This document shows positions 12,058-22,829 of a DNA stretch of 60,000 nt, one piece after another (within the stretch, counting starts at the first letter, position 1; each line of letters opens with the position of its first letter). The notes under the pieces were generated by a model. That model was not told where the DNA came from. It was given only the letters and a program-made list of their open reading frames with translations, and ran no database searches. Both the position numbers and the translations under genes were made by a program. Source of the DNA: Malacoraja senta (taxonomy: Eukaryota); the NCBI GenBank assembly GCA_038087875.1, contig CM075993.1, positions 5,086,001 to 5,146,000 of the forward strand. Reading direction: 5' to 3'.

Positions 12058-12719
12058 CTGGAGCGATTACATACAAATAGAAAGAGAGAAAAATAGGAGA
12101 GAGAAAGAGAAGAAAGGTTGGGACTGCCAGAAAGTTAGTGACTCAAATTAACAAATCAGTGCATTCAGATTTTACCACTCATGACTATTTGTTTTCTGCA
12201 CCAGCGTATGGCAAGAAATTACTTTATTTTAAAATTATGATCTGACCAATAACAATAAAAATGAATATTCATCATACAACAGATTGATTTAACAAACAAT
12301 TAAGAAAGCATACCTGGTCAAGATTTTTTAATTAAAGTGAGGTTATGTTGAACCTCTACAAATTCACGGTTTATTTGCAAGAAGAGTTTTGCATCTAATT
12401 ATGGTCACTATACTATATGTGATGCAGAAAAGATTTAGTGGAGAGGCCCAGAGTTCAAGGATTTTAGTAACACATAATTCTTCAGCAAAGAGCAGAGAAG
12501 ATTAAACAGAAGATTGTTAGAAGTATTCAAAATGTACGGAGAATTGGATACAAGAATTTTGAGACAAGGACGGCAAAAATAAAATAGGGACAAAAATGAG
12601 AGTGAAAAAAAATGTTTTCACACAGCCAAGAAAAACACAAAGTGCAGGAGTAATTCAGTGGATCAGATTGCTAGTCGTCATGATCTGGAAATCACTACAT
12701 GAAATGGTAGTATAGTCAT

Positions 12720-13270
12720 GGAACATGGAAACAGGCCCCTTGACCCAATTAGCCCATGCCAACCAAAATGCCCAATCCACTAGTCCCACCTGCCCGCGTT
12801 TGGCCCATATATCCCTCTTTCCTATTCATGTACCTGTCCAGATGTCTTTTAAACGTTGCGATAGTACCTGCCTCGACTACGTCCTATGGCAGCTCGTTCC
12901 ATATACCCGTATACTCTGAGAGAAAAAATTGCCCCTCATGTTCCTACTGAATCTTTTCCTTCTCACCTCAAACCTATGTCCACTGGCTCTAGATTCCCCT
13001 ATGTTGGGCGAAAGACTGTGCGTCTATCATATCTATTCCCCTCATGATTTCATACACCTCTTTACGATCACACCTCATTGACCTGCGCTTCAAGGAATAA
13101 AGTCTTAGCCTGCCCAACCTCTCCCAGTAACTCAGGCCCTCAAGTCCTGGCAACATCATCGTCAATCTTCTCTGCACTCTTTCTAGTGTACAGCATCTTT
13201 CCTGCAACAGGGTGACCAAAACTGTGCACAATACTTCAAGTCTGGTCTCGCCAACATCTTGTACAACTTC
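12720..13270 (-). mobile_element. CR1 LINE 3' fragment
   Basis: TLERVQRRLTMMLPGLEGLSYWERLGRLRLYSL. Confidence 0.85.
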
Positions 13271-13383
13271 GCTACAACTAGTAGTTCAGTCCTTACTTAT
13301 AAATGGAATTGAATAAATATTTGCGGGAAAGTGGTAAAGAATGGGGCTGACAGGATTACAGAGGAATAGCTCAGGCTCAATGT

Positions 13384-13690
13384 TTAGTTTAGTCTAGTTT
13401 AGAGATACATCGCGGAAAAACGCCCTTCGGCCCACCGAGTCCACACCGACCAGCAATCCCCGCACGCTAACACTATCCTACACACATTAAGGACAATTTA
13501 CCTTTATACCAAGCCAATTAACCTACAAACCTGACGTCTTTGGAGTGTGGGAGGAAACCGAAGATCTCGGAGAAAACCCACGCTGGTCGCGGGGAGAACG
13601 GACAAACTCCGTACATACAGCACCCCACAGTCAGGATCAAACCCGGGTTTCTGGCGCTGCAAGGCAGTAGCTCTACTGCTATGCCACCGT
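13384..13690 (-). mobile_element. V-SINE/HE1-like tRNA-derived SINE, near full length
   Basis: Minus-strand head cacggtggcatagcagtagag...gggtttgatcc and tail (ctaaa)n. Confidence 0.85.
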
Positions 13691-14115
13691 GCCGACCCTG
13701 GGCCGAATGGCCTGTGTCCCTGCTGTAATAATTCTACCATCCCAATCCAGTTCATCAGAGAGAAGTGCTTATTTAGGTGGCTCCAGCACTGGTGCAACTA
13801 TGAACACATCAGTATTCCATTAACCAGTGCATCACTGAAGCAAATTTTTAAAAAGAAAAATAACACGTTGACAGCTGCAGGAAGCAAGCAGCAGCAAAAG
13901 AAATGTCACTGACAAAAAGCATCAAGGCTATGATAAATACAGACAAAACTGAGGAATACTTTATATCTAAAATACACATCAGAAATGAGTGTGGTTAGCA
14001 CATTATTCTGGAATTAATGTAATCTGCAGCATTGAGAATGAACCAGCATAATTATTAGGTAATTAGTTCATATGTGCAATGGTCACAATTCATGAACTCT
14101 TGTAAATTCTACCCA

Positions 14116-14129
14116 GTGACTCAGCATTT
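14116..14129. promoter_or_regulatory. Consensus ARE/MARE (CNC-sMaf/AP-1) motif in a PEAK1 intron
   Basis: GTGACTCAGCATTT in non-repeat sequence; motif match only. Confidence 0.3.
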
Positions 14130-15700
14130 GCATCGCCTGCATTTTCTTTCGGGAAGAGTCAGTAAAAATGCGCTCTTCCCTCTGATACATTTTATTTTGT
14201 GAATTCCTGTCATCTTATCCACTGTGTAAATAAACAATCACCATTCAGACTGTTACACAGCAGATATACAATGGACAAGATATTGGCAGAGATAGGCATC
14301 CCAGGAAAAACCTCTGAGAGAAAGAGAAACTACATCATTTAGCACATGTGTGGAAATCATGGAACAATACAATACAGGAACTATGGCCCACCATGTCTGT
14401 GCCAAACAGGATGACAAGGAAAACCAATCTCCTCTCCCTGCATGTGATCCATATCCTTCTAAAGCCTACGGAATTTTGGTTACAGATAATCATAAACATT
14501 ATGACTAGACAAGTGTCCGAGCTCTCATGACAGCATTACCTATGCTCCGTGCAGCTGTAACTTGATAAGTACCTTGTTTAAGTCCGCCTTTTTTCCAATG
14601 TGCACTTAGACAATATGGAGTTCGATTAAGTGGTGTCCCCCAAAAGAAGGAGTATGTGATCCACTATAAACAAAAAATCTGCTTGTGATTCTCCCCCCTC
14701 CCCCCTCCCCATCCCCCTCAAAATGAAAGGTTTAAAATTTGAGCATTTCAGTTGTTATCAGATACTCAATCTGAGCAAATATCTTTTACACTGTAATATG
14801 CATTAGTCACAGAAGACCCACAGTTGAACATTTCTCAGGACCTCACTTATGAGGGCAAAGTATCGAATTTGGTAATGAGCTGAACATTCTCACGTTGTGC
14901 AGTTTTAAGAAGAAATAAATAGTAACATTAAAATCAGTAGATTACAAAAGAAACAGCATTAATAAGTTTGTAAAATGTTAGCTTTTCATACATGTGAAGA
15001 GAGAGGAATGAAAGCAAGCATCTGCTATGTCTGAACTTGTTTGTAATTTTGATTATAAAGATTGGAAACAAATTTACGTAAACTCTTTTCTTACAATAAA
15101 AGACATTGATTATTTAGTACAGTTTCAAAAACAGAATGAATGAACATCGAATGTGAAACAATAGAAGTATGCCTACCTCAGCAGTTATCATGTTAAAACA
15201 GCACATTCCTGCCTTATCACCCACAGCCTGCCTTTCCTCGTCCACTCGGTTTTAAGTTAGATTCCAGCAATCAACAACAATTTTTAAAGAAGCATATTAA
15301 CAATATTAAAATGCTGCAGTCCTACCTTTACTGAACAGAGAGGTTGTCGAGCCATGGGGTTGTGCAAGCTACCGTCATTTTGGCCTTTTTTTTTTTACAC
15401 CGCACGGCATTTGATAGGGCGTTTTAGACTATAATCTAATCTCTTCCTGCCCGCGCTACCTAAACAGGATTGCCCACATTACAGCCGCATTCCTCACACT
15501 AACCTTCAGAACATTTTGGCAATCAGCAGGGACATTCAAATCAATTAAACAATTTTGCCTTACACACATGTAGCTAACACTCCAGGACTTGACTGATACA
15601 TTTAATAACTTTAGAAGTTACAGGAAGCCTTGAGTGAAGGAGAAATCAAATCCATTTCCGCCTTCCACGCCCATTGTCCTCAACTGCTGTAATCTCTTAC

Positions 15701-15894
15701 CTATATTGCTGTAGGTAGCGCTGCTGATGCTTTCATCAGCTGACTCACTGCCCGTGTCTTTTTCGTCCTGAGATCCCGTGGTGGCCAACATCAGAGTCAT
15801 TGTGCCAGATGTTTCCTGGCTCGTCGATGCTGACCTTTGGACTTCTGATTCCTGTGGCGACATGTCTTCAACAGTCATCTCACCTGGAAGGTTG
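15701..15894 (-). CDS. PEAK1: PEAK1 second coding exon (194 nt, phase 2 to phase 1)
   Basis: Acceptor ttttttccccccattaaAG|C and donor ATA G|GTAAGA. It translates in frame with the giant exon as NLPGEMTVEDMSPQE...ESISSATYSNI(G), matching PEAK1 ...EDFSPR...SATYSNLG. Confidence 0.93.
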
Positions 15895-16632
15895 CTTTAA
15901 TGGGGGGAAAAAAATTATCTTCAATGTTCATGATTCATCAAACATTCACATATAATTCTTCTCTAATTAAAACAGTCACTTTTACCTACTGTGGGAATCT
16001 AAAAACATTTCTTAAGTTATGCATAGTTGAAAATTATGCAGTTTGGGTGTACTTGAGTGTTAGTTGAAACTTATTTAGGACTTGCAAGAACTTGTGGGTT
16101 TACAGATCCCTGGGCCATTTTAGCTTCATTTTACAGTTTTCAATTAATCTTGTTCCAAGATAAGATCTGGTAAAACAGGTTTCTCCAAATCTCGTGTATT
16201 TACCCTTAAAGAGTTCTGGGGAGACAGAAAGCTTAATTTGAAGTTCATAACTCATTTCAGTTTCTACAGAGCACCGTTCTGCCACAAAGGTTTATGGTTA
16301 ACTAAGGTGTGTCACATTTGATAACAAGAAAAAGCCTTGTGTTTAGATTGTATTTGTTAAAAAGCAAAATGAAAACTTCAACACTCTGAATTTAAAAGAT
16401 GGTGCTTAAACCTTCGTTTAAACACCGAGACCAGTGCCTTTAAGATCATTCCGAAAGCAGCTTATTCCTTTTTACTCACTCATTGAGCAATCTATTTGAA
16501 ATGTTGCAGTACAAACTGAAATGCAAGTTATAAGCTTGAAGTCAAACTAATGCTTGAGACACTATTTATATTTTCAACCACTCAACTCTGTACCTTACGA
16601 CAGATATGCAAGAGGTTTGACCATTAACTTAC

Positions 16633-16661
16633 CTGCTCAGATCACTCACACAACTCCCCAT
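16633..16661 (-). CDS. PEAK1: Candidate alternative internal first coding exon of PEAK1 (MGSCVSDLS, N-myristoylation/palmitoylation-type start); frame open upstream to an ATG at 16760
   Basis: ATG GGG AGT TGT GTG AGT GAT CTG AGC AG|GTAAGT. The donor is a perfect consensus, phase 2, and matches the phase-2 acceptor at 15894 in frame. Confidence 0.6.
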
Positions 16662-17036
16662 TGAAACAAATGTTTTGGATTTGTTTCTCAATTTCAAAAC
16701 ATAGTTTGAAAGCAGCTGATTCACTTCAGAAGTCGCCAGCTCTAGGTGCTGTGATATCATCAGCCAGACCTTCCTAACTCAGGCTCAGTACTGATGTTCT
16801 GCCAGAATCCTCTACCTATTGCATAGTTAGAGGTCACCAACTGAGTCGGGTTTGTTAACACTTTGAATGGCTGAACTCAACTTCATTTCAGTGAGTCAGA
16901 TTCCATACTGTTAGAGAGAAGTTAAGTTGATGCCCATCTTAAAAACCTTTAATATTAATAACCAAATTATTAAATTTCAATGCACATTTTGGAAGTATTT
17001 TTAAAATTCATTTGTAGCTGTTACATCCCGAATAAT

Positions 17037-17225
17037 TGAAGGTAGACAAAAATGCTGGAGAAACTCAACGGGTGAGGCAGCATCTATGGAGCGAAGGAAT
17101 AGGTGACGTTTTGGGTCGAGACCCTTCTTCAGACCCTTTGCTCCACAGCTGCTGCCTCAACCGCTGAGTTTCTCCAGCATTTTTGTCTACCTTTGATTTT
17201 TCCAGCATCTGCAATTCTTTCTTAA
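17037..17225. mobile_element. Penelope-derived inverted-repeat element
   Basis: aggtagacaaaaatgctggagaaactca... paired with ...tgagtttctccagcatttttgtctacct. Flanked by the direct repeat cat(c/t)ccgaataattgaa. Confidence 0.8.
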
Positions 17226-17827
17226 ACATTCCGAATAATTGAAAATTAGTTTCAACTTTTTTTTAATAGTTTCTAAGTTAATAGTAACTAAAAAGTTTCT
17301 CCACATATTTTGACTCTCTTTTCTTCCCTCTCTTTTTAAAAGCTGCAATCTAATCTACCATTTTTCCTGTCCACAGCCCGCCACAATTTTGTTTACTTAT
17401 GGCGTAGGGGACATGAAAGAGGAGCTTTTTTTCCCTCTGGTCCAGAACAAGTAAAAAGCACACAGAGTGATTAAAAAAATCACACTTTATTCATCTTGAG
17501 GCTAGCAGTGTGGAGAATCACCCAATACTTTCAGTTTTTCCAAAAAGCTCATCAGAGAAAAGGATTGGAAACATTTGACATAATTCATAGTACTGACCGC
17601 TGTCTATAATTCCTCTTGGGAAGTTTATGCGATATCCCTACAGTTGTTTATTAAACTTACATTTGAAGCAAGATCTTATGCTTTGTATCTGACAGAGGTT
17701 CAATTTATAGGCAATCGCAATTAAAAAAAACTTTCAAAGCCGTCGGGAACTATCAAATTGAATGACTAAATAATATGGGAGGAGAAAAAATACCAATATC
17801 ACAAATTTAAGTTAATATGCTTTCTAA

Positions 17828-18277
17828 TACAGTCCATGTCCGGTTTTCCTGCACAATTGGTTCTAGAGCCTTACTGGATTATCCATTTTGCCAAACCATA
17901 CAGAGGTCACGGCCTTCGATAGGAGTCAAAAGGTACCGGAAGGGTCCGCCTAGGCTACTGAGGGGCCAAGATACCGGCCCGCCAAGTCGGCCTTGATATT
18001 GGTACGGCCTTGATATTGGTCGGCTATTGGTACGGATCTGCCGGCTCTGGCGTTCCGGAGCTCCGGCCGTAGGGGGCAAATTAAACCTGCTGATCAGCTG
18101 TGGAAGACCCGCTGAGGTCGAGATCAGCTGCCTCACCCGATCGAGGTGCCACATTTTCGGGAGGACTTCTGGAGGAGGGGGGGGGGGGGGAGGGTGTTTC
18201 AAGTGCGCTCTCGTCATTTTATCTGGAATAAAGCTGGTGCCGGACCACCAATCACCGGAAAAAGTGGTGGACCTGTA
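17828..18277. mobile_element. Probable non-autonomous DNA transposon (Tc1/mariner-pogo-like), CpG-rich
   Basis: Ends TA-CAGTCCA... and ...TGGACCTG-TA form weak TIRs. The GC/CpG-rich interior contrasts with AT-rich flanks. Confidence 0.4.
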
Positions 18278-19084
18278 CATTAATTATTTTTGCTGTAATA
18301 TTCTGCAGTGATTGTAGTTTGCTATTCAGAAGTTTAGAATATAGTCAAGATTCCTTAACTAAGGCAGAGCAGGTAAAGAAATAATTGTATAGGAGTATTG
18401 TTGCAGTGCTAGGGAGTCAAACACATGGAGCTCTGGAGCTTTTGTTATCTTGAGGAAAGTTCTCACTTTCAGGAATCTATTGCCAGGACTTTAACCTTTC
18501 CAATGTCAGTTGATGTCATCAAGCCAACTGAGCAGCCAAAACACAATGATCAAAGTCAACAAACCAGGAAATAAACTGTCTTTGAAAGAATACGTTTCAA
18601 AGTCTGTTATATTCAGAGGCTATTATAATTGACATGTATACATTAATTCTCCCACTGGTCCCCTTCCTTCACCCACAGATCATCGCTCCTCTCCCCATAG
18701 TTCACATCTGTCCCCATCCCTTCTCACTCGGTTCTACTCCACCTTCATATTCCATCAGATTCCACGATAATCTGCAGCCTTTTGTTCTCCACTTATCACT
18801 TCCCTGCCTCAGTCACTATTTCTACTCTTCCCTCCCACATCTGACTCTTATCTGCAAATCAACCCCCTCCTCACCCGCGTCAAACTATCATTTACTAGCC
18901 ACTGCCCCATCCTTCTGCCCCATCTTGTTTTACTGGCTATTTCCCCTTTACTCTTTCAGTCCAGATGAAGGAATTTGATCTGAAACATCTACCTTGTCTT
19001 TCCGCTGGCTGGTTAGCACACAACAAATACTCTTCACTGCACCTGACAATAAACTAAACTGAACAGAAACTATACTGAACAGAG

Positions 19085-19490
19085 ATTAGGAAGGCCAGGA
19101 CTTTATTCCTTGGAGCACAGGAGGATGAGGGGTGATCTTATAGTGGTGTAAAAATATGAGGGGAATAGATAGGGTGAACACAGTCTTTATTCAAGGGTAA
19201 GGGAATGTGGAATTAGAGGGCAGAGATTTAAGGATAGGGGTCAAGATTTAATATGCAACTGAGGGGCAACATTTTCACACAGAGGTTGGTGGGTATATGG
19301 TATGTACTGTCAGAGAACGTAATTTAGGAAGGTACATTAACATTTAAGATATTTAGACAAGTATATGGCTGGGAAGTTTAGAGGGATATAGACAAAACAC
19401 AGACCAGTGGTACTAGATCAGATGAGGTATCTTGGTCGACATGGATGAGTTAGATCAAAGTGCCTGTTTCCGTAATCCATGACTATGGCT
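19085..19490 (+). mobile_element. Old CR1 LINE 3' fragment
   Basis: ttattccttggagcacaggaggatgaggggtgatcttata...ttcacacagaggttggtgggt. Confidence 0.75.
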
Positions 19491-21234
19491 CTAATTTGGA
19501 TTGAGCTGTTATAATTATTTATTAACAACATTGCTAGCTAAATTTACAGTTTACCTGTACTTTAATCAAAATCTGCAAACCTATGCAATTCCCCAGTACA
19601 TCGGTGATACAAGGATTAACTCACTTTTACTGCATGTAGATGACTGATGAGTCATGCTTAATGCCACTTAAATTGATGATTAACATACTAGTCATTACTT
19701 GTTTCACATGTAAAGTGTGTTCCTTCTTGAGACTATTTTATAAAACAGATTTGGTTCATACTGATAAAAACATAGCTAAAGCAACTGACACAGTATGTCT
19801 GGTTCATACTTAGTGAGGATTGTAAAACTGGAGGGTATAGGCTTAAGGTGAGGGGAGAGATTTAAGAGGAACCTCATGGGCAACTTTTTCCATTCAGAGG
19901 GTAGTTGGTATCTGCAATGAGCTGCCAGAAGAAGCCGTACAAGCAGATACAATTATGACTTTGAAAAGGCATTTGGACAGATAGGGTTAGGAAAGGTTTA
20001 GAGGGCTATGGGCAAAATGCAAACAAATTGGACAAGGCCAATATGCCCACTTGTTCAGGAGGAGAAGATGGGCCAAATGGCCCGTTTCCGTGAAGACATC
20101 ACTATGACTCAATGATGTTGGTCATAAATCAGCAATAGGAAGTCATTCAGACAAAAAGGTCATACGTGCATGCATTTAGAACCTTTCAGGTAGTCAGAAT
20201 TTTTTTCCCACAGTGTAAATGTCAAAGACTATAAACCAAAGCTTTAAGGTGAAAGGGTCAAATTTTGATGTTAACTATTGACCAGCCATGACTGGAAAAA
20301 GATTGAATCTATTTCAGCCCTGAGGTTCATTTAGAATAGAACAAGCAAGTCACTAACCCCAAACATGTATTTCAGGGAAGTTTCCGATACTCAATTTAAT
20401 GCAATATCGGGTGATCCACAGGCAGATTAACCTGCGTCCAAGAGGCTGGAAAGTTTTGCTGCTACTGGAGGGGGTGAACGGTGAACAAGATTTGTTCTGC
20501 CTCTGTGCTAGTTACTAATCAACAACAAAGTTATAAAGCACATTTAGCAAACTAAAACATCTCACAACACTACACAATCAGTTCTGCTTTCCAACCATAT
20601 AATTCCTCCTTAAAAGAGTGGCAATGGGTAAAACTGGCAGCCAATTCTCTCACATCTGCCGCTATGGATGGATGGCATGGCGCTTTGGGGCAATAATATC
20701 CTATTAATTTTTTTTTATGATGTAGGTCCAGGAGGTAGCCATATCATTCATTCAAATCTATGATGGATCATGAGATAATCCCATTATTTTATATTCCCCT
20801 ACGTTCTCTCAGATTCTATCACTCGCCAAACCACCGGCGGCAATTTAAAGCGACCAATTAACCTACAATCTTGCATGTGGGAGAATACTGGGGTAAACCA
20901 CAGTCACTGTGTGCAAACTCCACACCAACAGCACCAGAGGTGAGGATCACTGGAGATGAGGGGCAGCAGCTCTACTATCTGCACCAGTGTGCCTTCCGTG
21001 TTCCAAAACACTTTAATGCCACCCCACTGACTTTTAAAATGTAGTAATCATAACATGTTGTGGGATCAGATAATCAATTTCAGTGACATTGATGAAGCGA
21101 TAAATATTGACTATGACATTGGAGGCAAGTTAATGTACTTCATAGAAACGGTGTTGTGGGTTCTTTTGCATCCATATGAGTGAGCCATCAGAATTTCAGT
21201 TTAACATCTTAAACAAAGATCCTCAGAACACCAT

Positions 21235-21755
21235 TGAGGAAGGACATTCTTGCTATTGAGTGAGTGCAGTGTATGTTTACAAGGTTAATTCCCGGGATGG
21301 CGGGACTGTCATATGCTGAGAGAATGGAGCAGCTGGGCTTGTACACTCTGGAGTTTAGAAGGATGAGAGGATATCTCATTGAAACATATAAGATTGTTAA
21401 GGGTTTGGACACGCTAGAGGCAGGAAACATGTTCCCGATGTTGGAGGAGTCCAGAACCAGGGGCCACAGTTTAAGAATAAGGAGTAAGCCAGTTAGAACG
21501 GAGACGAGGAAACACTTTTTCTCACAGAGAGTGGTGAGTCTGTGGAATTCTCTGCCTCAGAGGGCAGCGGAGGCAGGTTCTCTGGATGCTTTCAAGAGAG
21601 AGCTAGATAGGGCTCTTAAAAATAATGGAGTCAGGGGATATGGGGAGAAGGCAGGAATGGGGTACTGATTGGGGATGATCAGCGATGATCACATTGAATG
21701 ACAATGCTGACTCGAAGGGCCGAATGGCATACTCCTGCACCTATTGTCTATTGTC
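21235..21755 (+). mobile_element. HER1/CR1 LINE 3' end
   Basis: FTRLIPGMAGLSYAERMEQLGLYTLEFRRMRG...RVVSLWNSLP with tail cacctattgtctattgtc. Confidence 0.92.
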
Positions 21756-21834
21756 AAACATGCCCAGGTGTGCACTGGAGAGTCAATGGTCTCCAAAATG
21801 GAACTTCAATCCAAAAATAAGTCTGAATCCATGT

Positions 21835-21960
21835 CTGCAGAAGGGTTTCGACCCAAAACGTTGCCTATTTCCTTCGCTCCATAGATGCTGCCTCACCCGC
21901 TGAGTTTCTCCAGCATTTTTGTCTACCTTCGATTTTCCAGCATCTGCAGTTCCTTCTTAA
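21835..21960 (+). mobile_element. Penelope-derived 3' terminal segment
   Basis: gaagggtttcgacccaaaacgttgcctatttccttcgctccatagatgctg...cagcatctgcagttccttctta. Confidence 0.8.
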
Positions 21961-22829
21961 ACCTTCAATCTTCTGTCTAATGTGGCAAACGCTACTGACT
22001 TAGCCATGACCTCTGTTCACTCACCCTTTAGCAGTCTAGCTAAATGTGAGAAAGGTTTATGTAGACATTGTTTCTTGCTAACACAATTTTATTTCCCATA
22101 TAACATAATTTCTCATATTCTACCAACATATTAACATATTAAAATAAAGAAGAAAGAGGACTTTTTTTTCCCCAAACGCATTTTTCTCAGAAACATTCCT
22201 CTTAACTTTAAAAAATTTATTTGCACTGTTTATAACTTCTCCCAGGTTACTGGAGTCCCACCCCAGAACTCACTCAAATTTGTTCAAGATTACAGAATAT
22301 ATACCATATCCAAGTTTACACAAGCCACAGGATAGCCCTTTCATTAATCACTCCACAACATCAGCCCACAGTTAAAGGCGCAGCAACTGTATGGCACTGT
22401 CTGCTTTTATCGTCTGATGTAAGATGAGAGACATCATCGTCTGATGATGATGATGATGATGAGAATGGTGGGGATGCATGCACGTATGGCTTATTTTTTG
22501 TCTCTGCGACTTCCTATTGCTGAAGGGTCTCGACCTGAAACGTCGTCAGACCATGTCCCTCCACAGATGTTGCCTAACCTGCCGAGTTCCTCCAGCGGCT
22601 TGTTATTTGATCACTGATGAAATGATTTGTTCAATTGACAAAAAGAATAATAATTTTATTTTAAAAACTAGACTATCTCTAAATATCTCCATGAATCTTT
22701 GAAAAGTGCAAGGCAATGATTCTCCAACACAGAACTTTACAACATACCAATGTTGTTTAAGGGCATTAACATCAATAGGTCCCACACCATCGACAAGGAC
22801 CACTGAAACCCACCTCTGACTCCATAAGT

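Noticed and set aside
15320..15410. Possible extra first exon MARQPLCSVK with donor AAG|GTAGGA (minus strand)
   Set aside because: It is phase 0, incompatible with the phase-1 downstream PEAK1 exons, and the other ATG frames stop before the donor.
15884..15890. Alternative acceptor cttccAG|GTGAG for the second coding exon
   Set aside because: It would shift the frame relative to the phase-2 donors. The acceptor at 15894 keeps the frame.
17879..18311. 133-aa and 94-aa ORFs in a CpG-rich block
   Set aside because: No recognisable domain and no splice context. Better explained as the interior of a non-autonomous transposon with a poly-G run.
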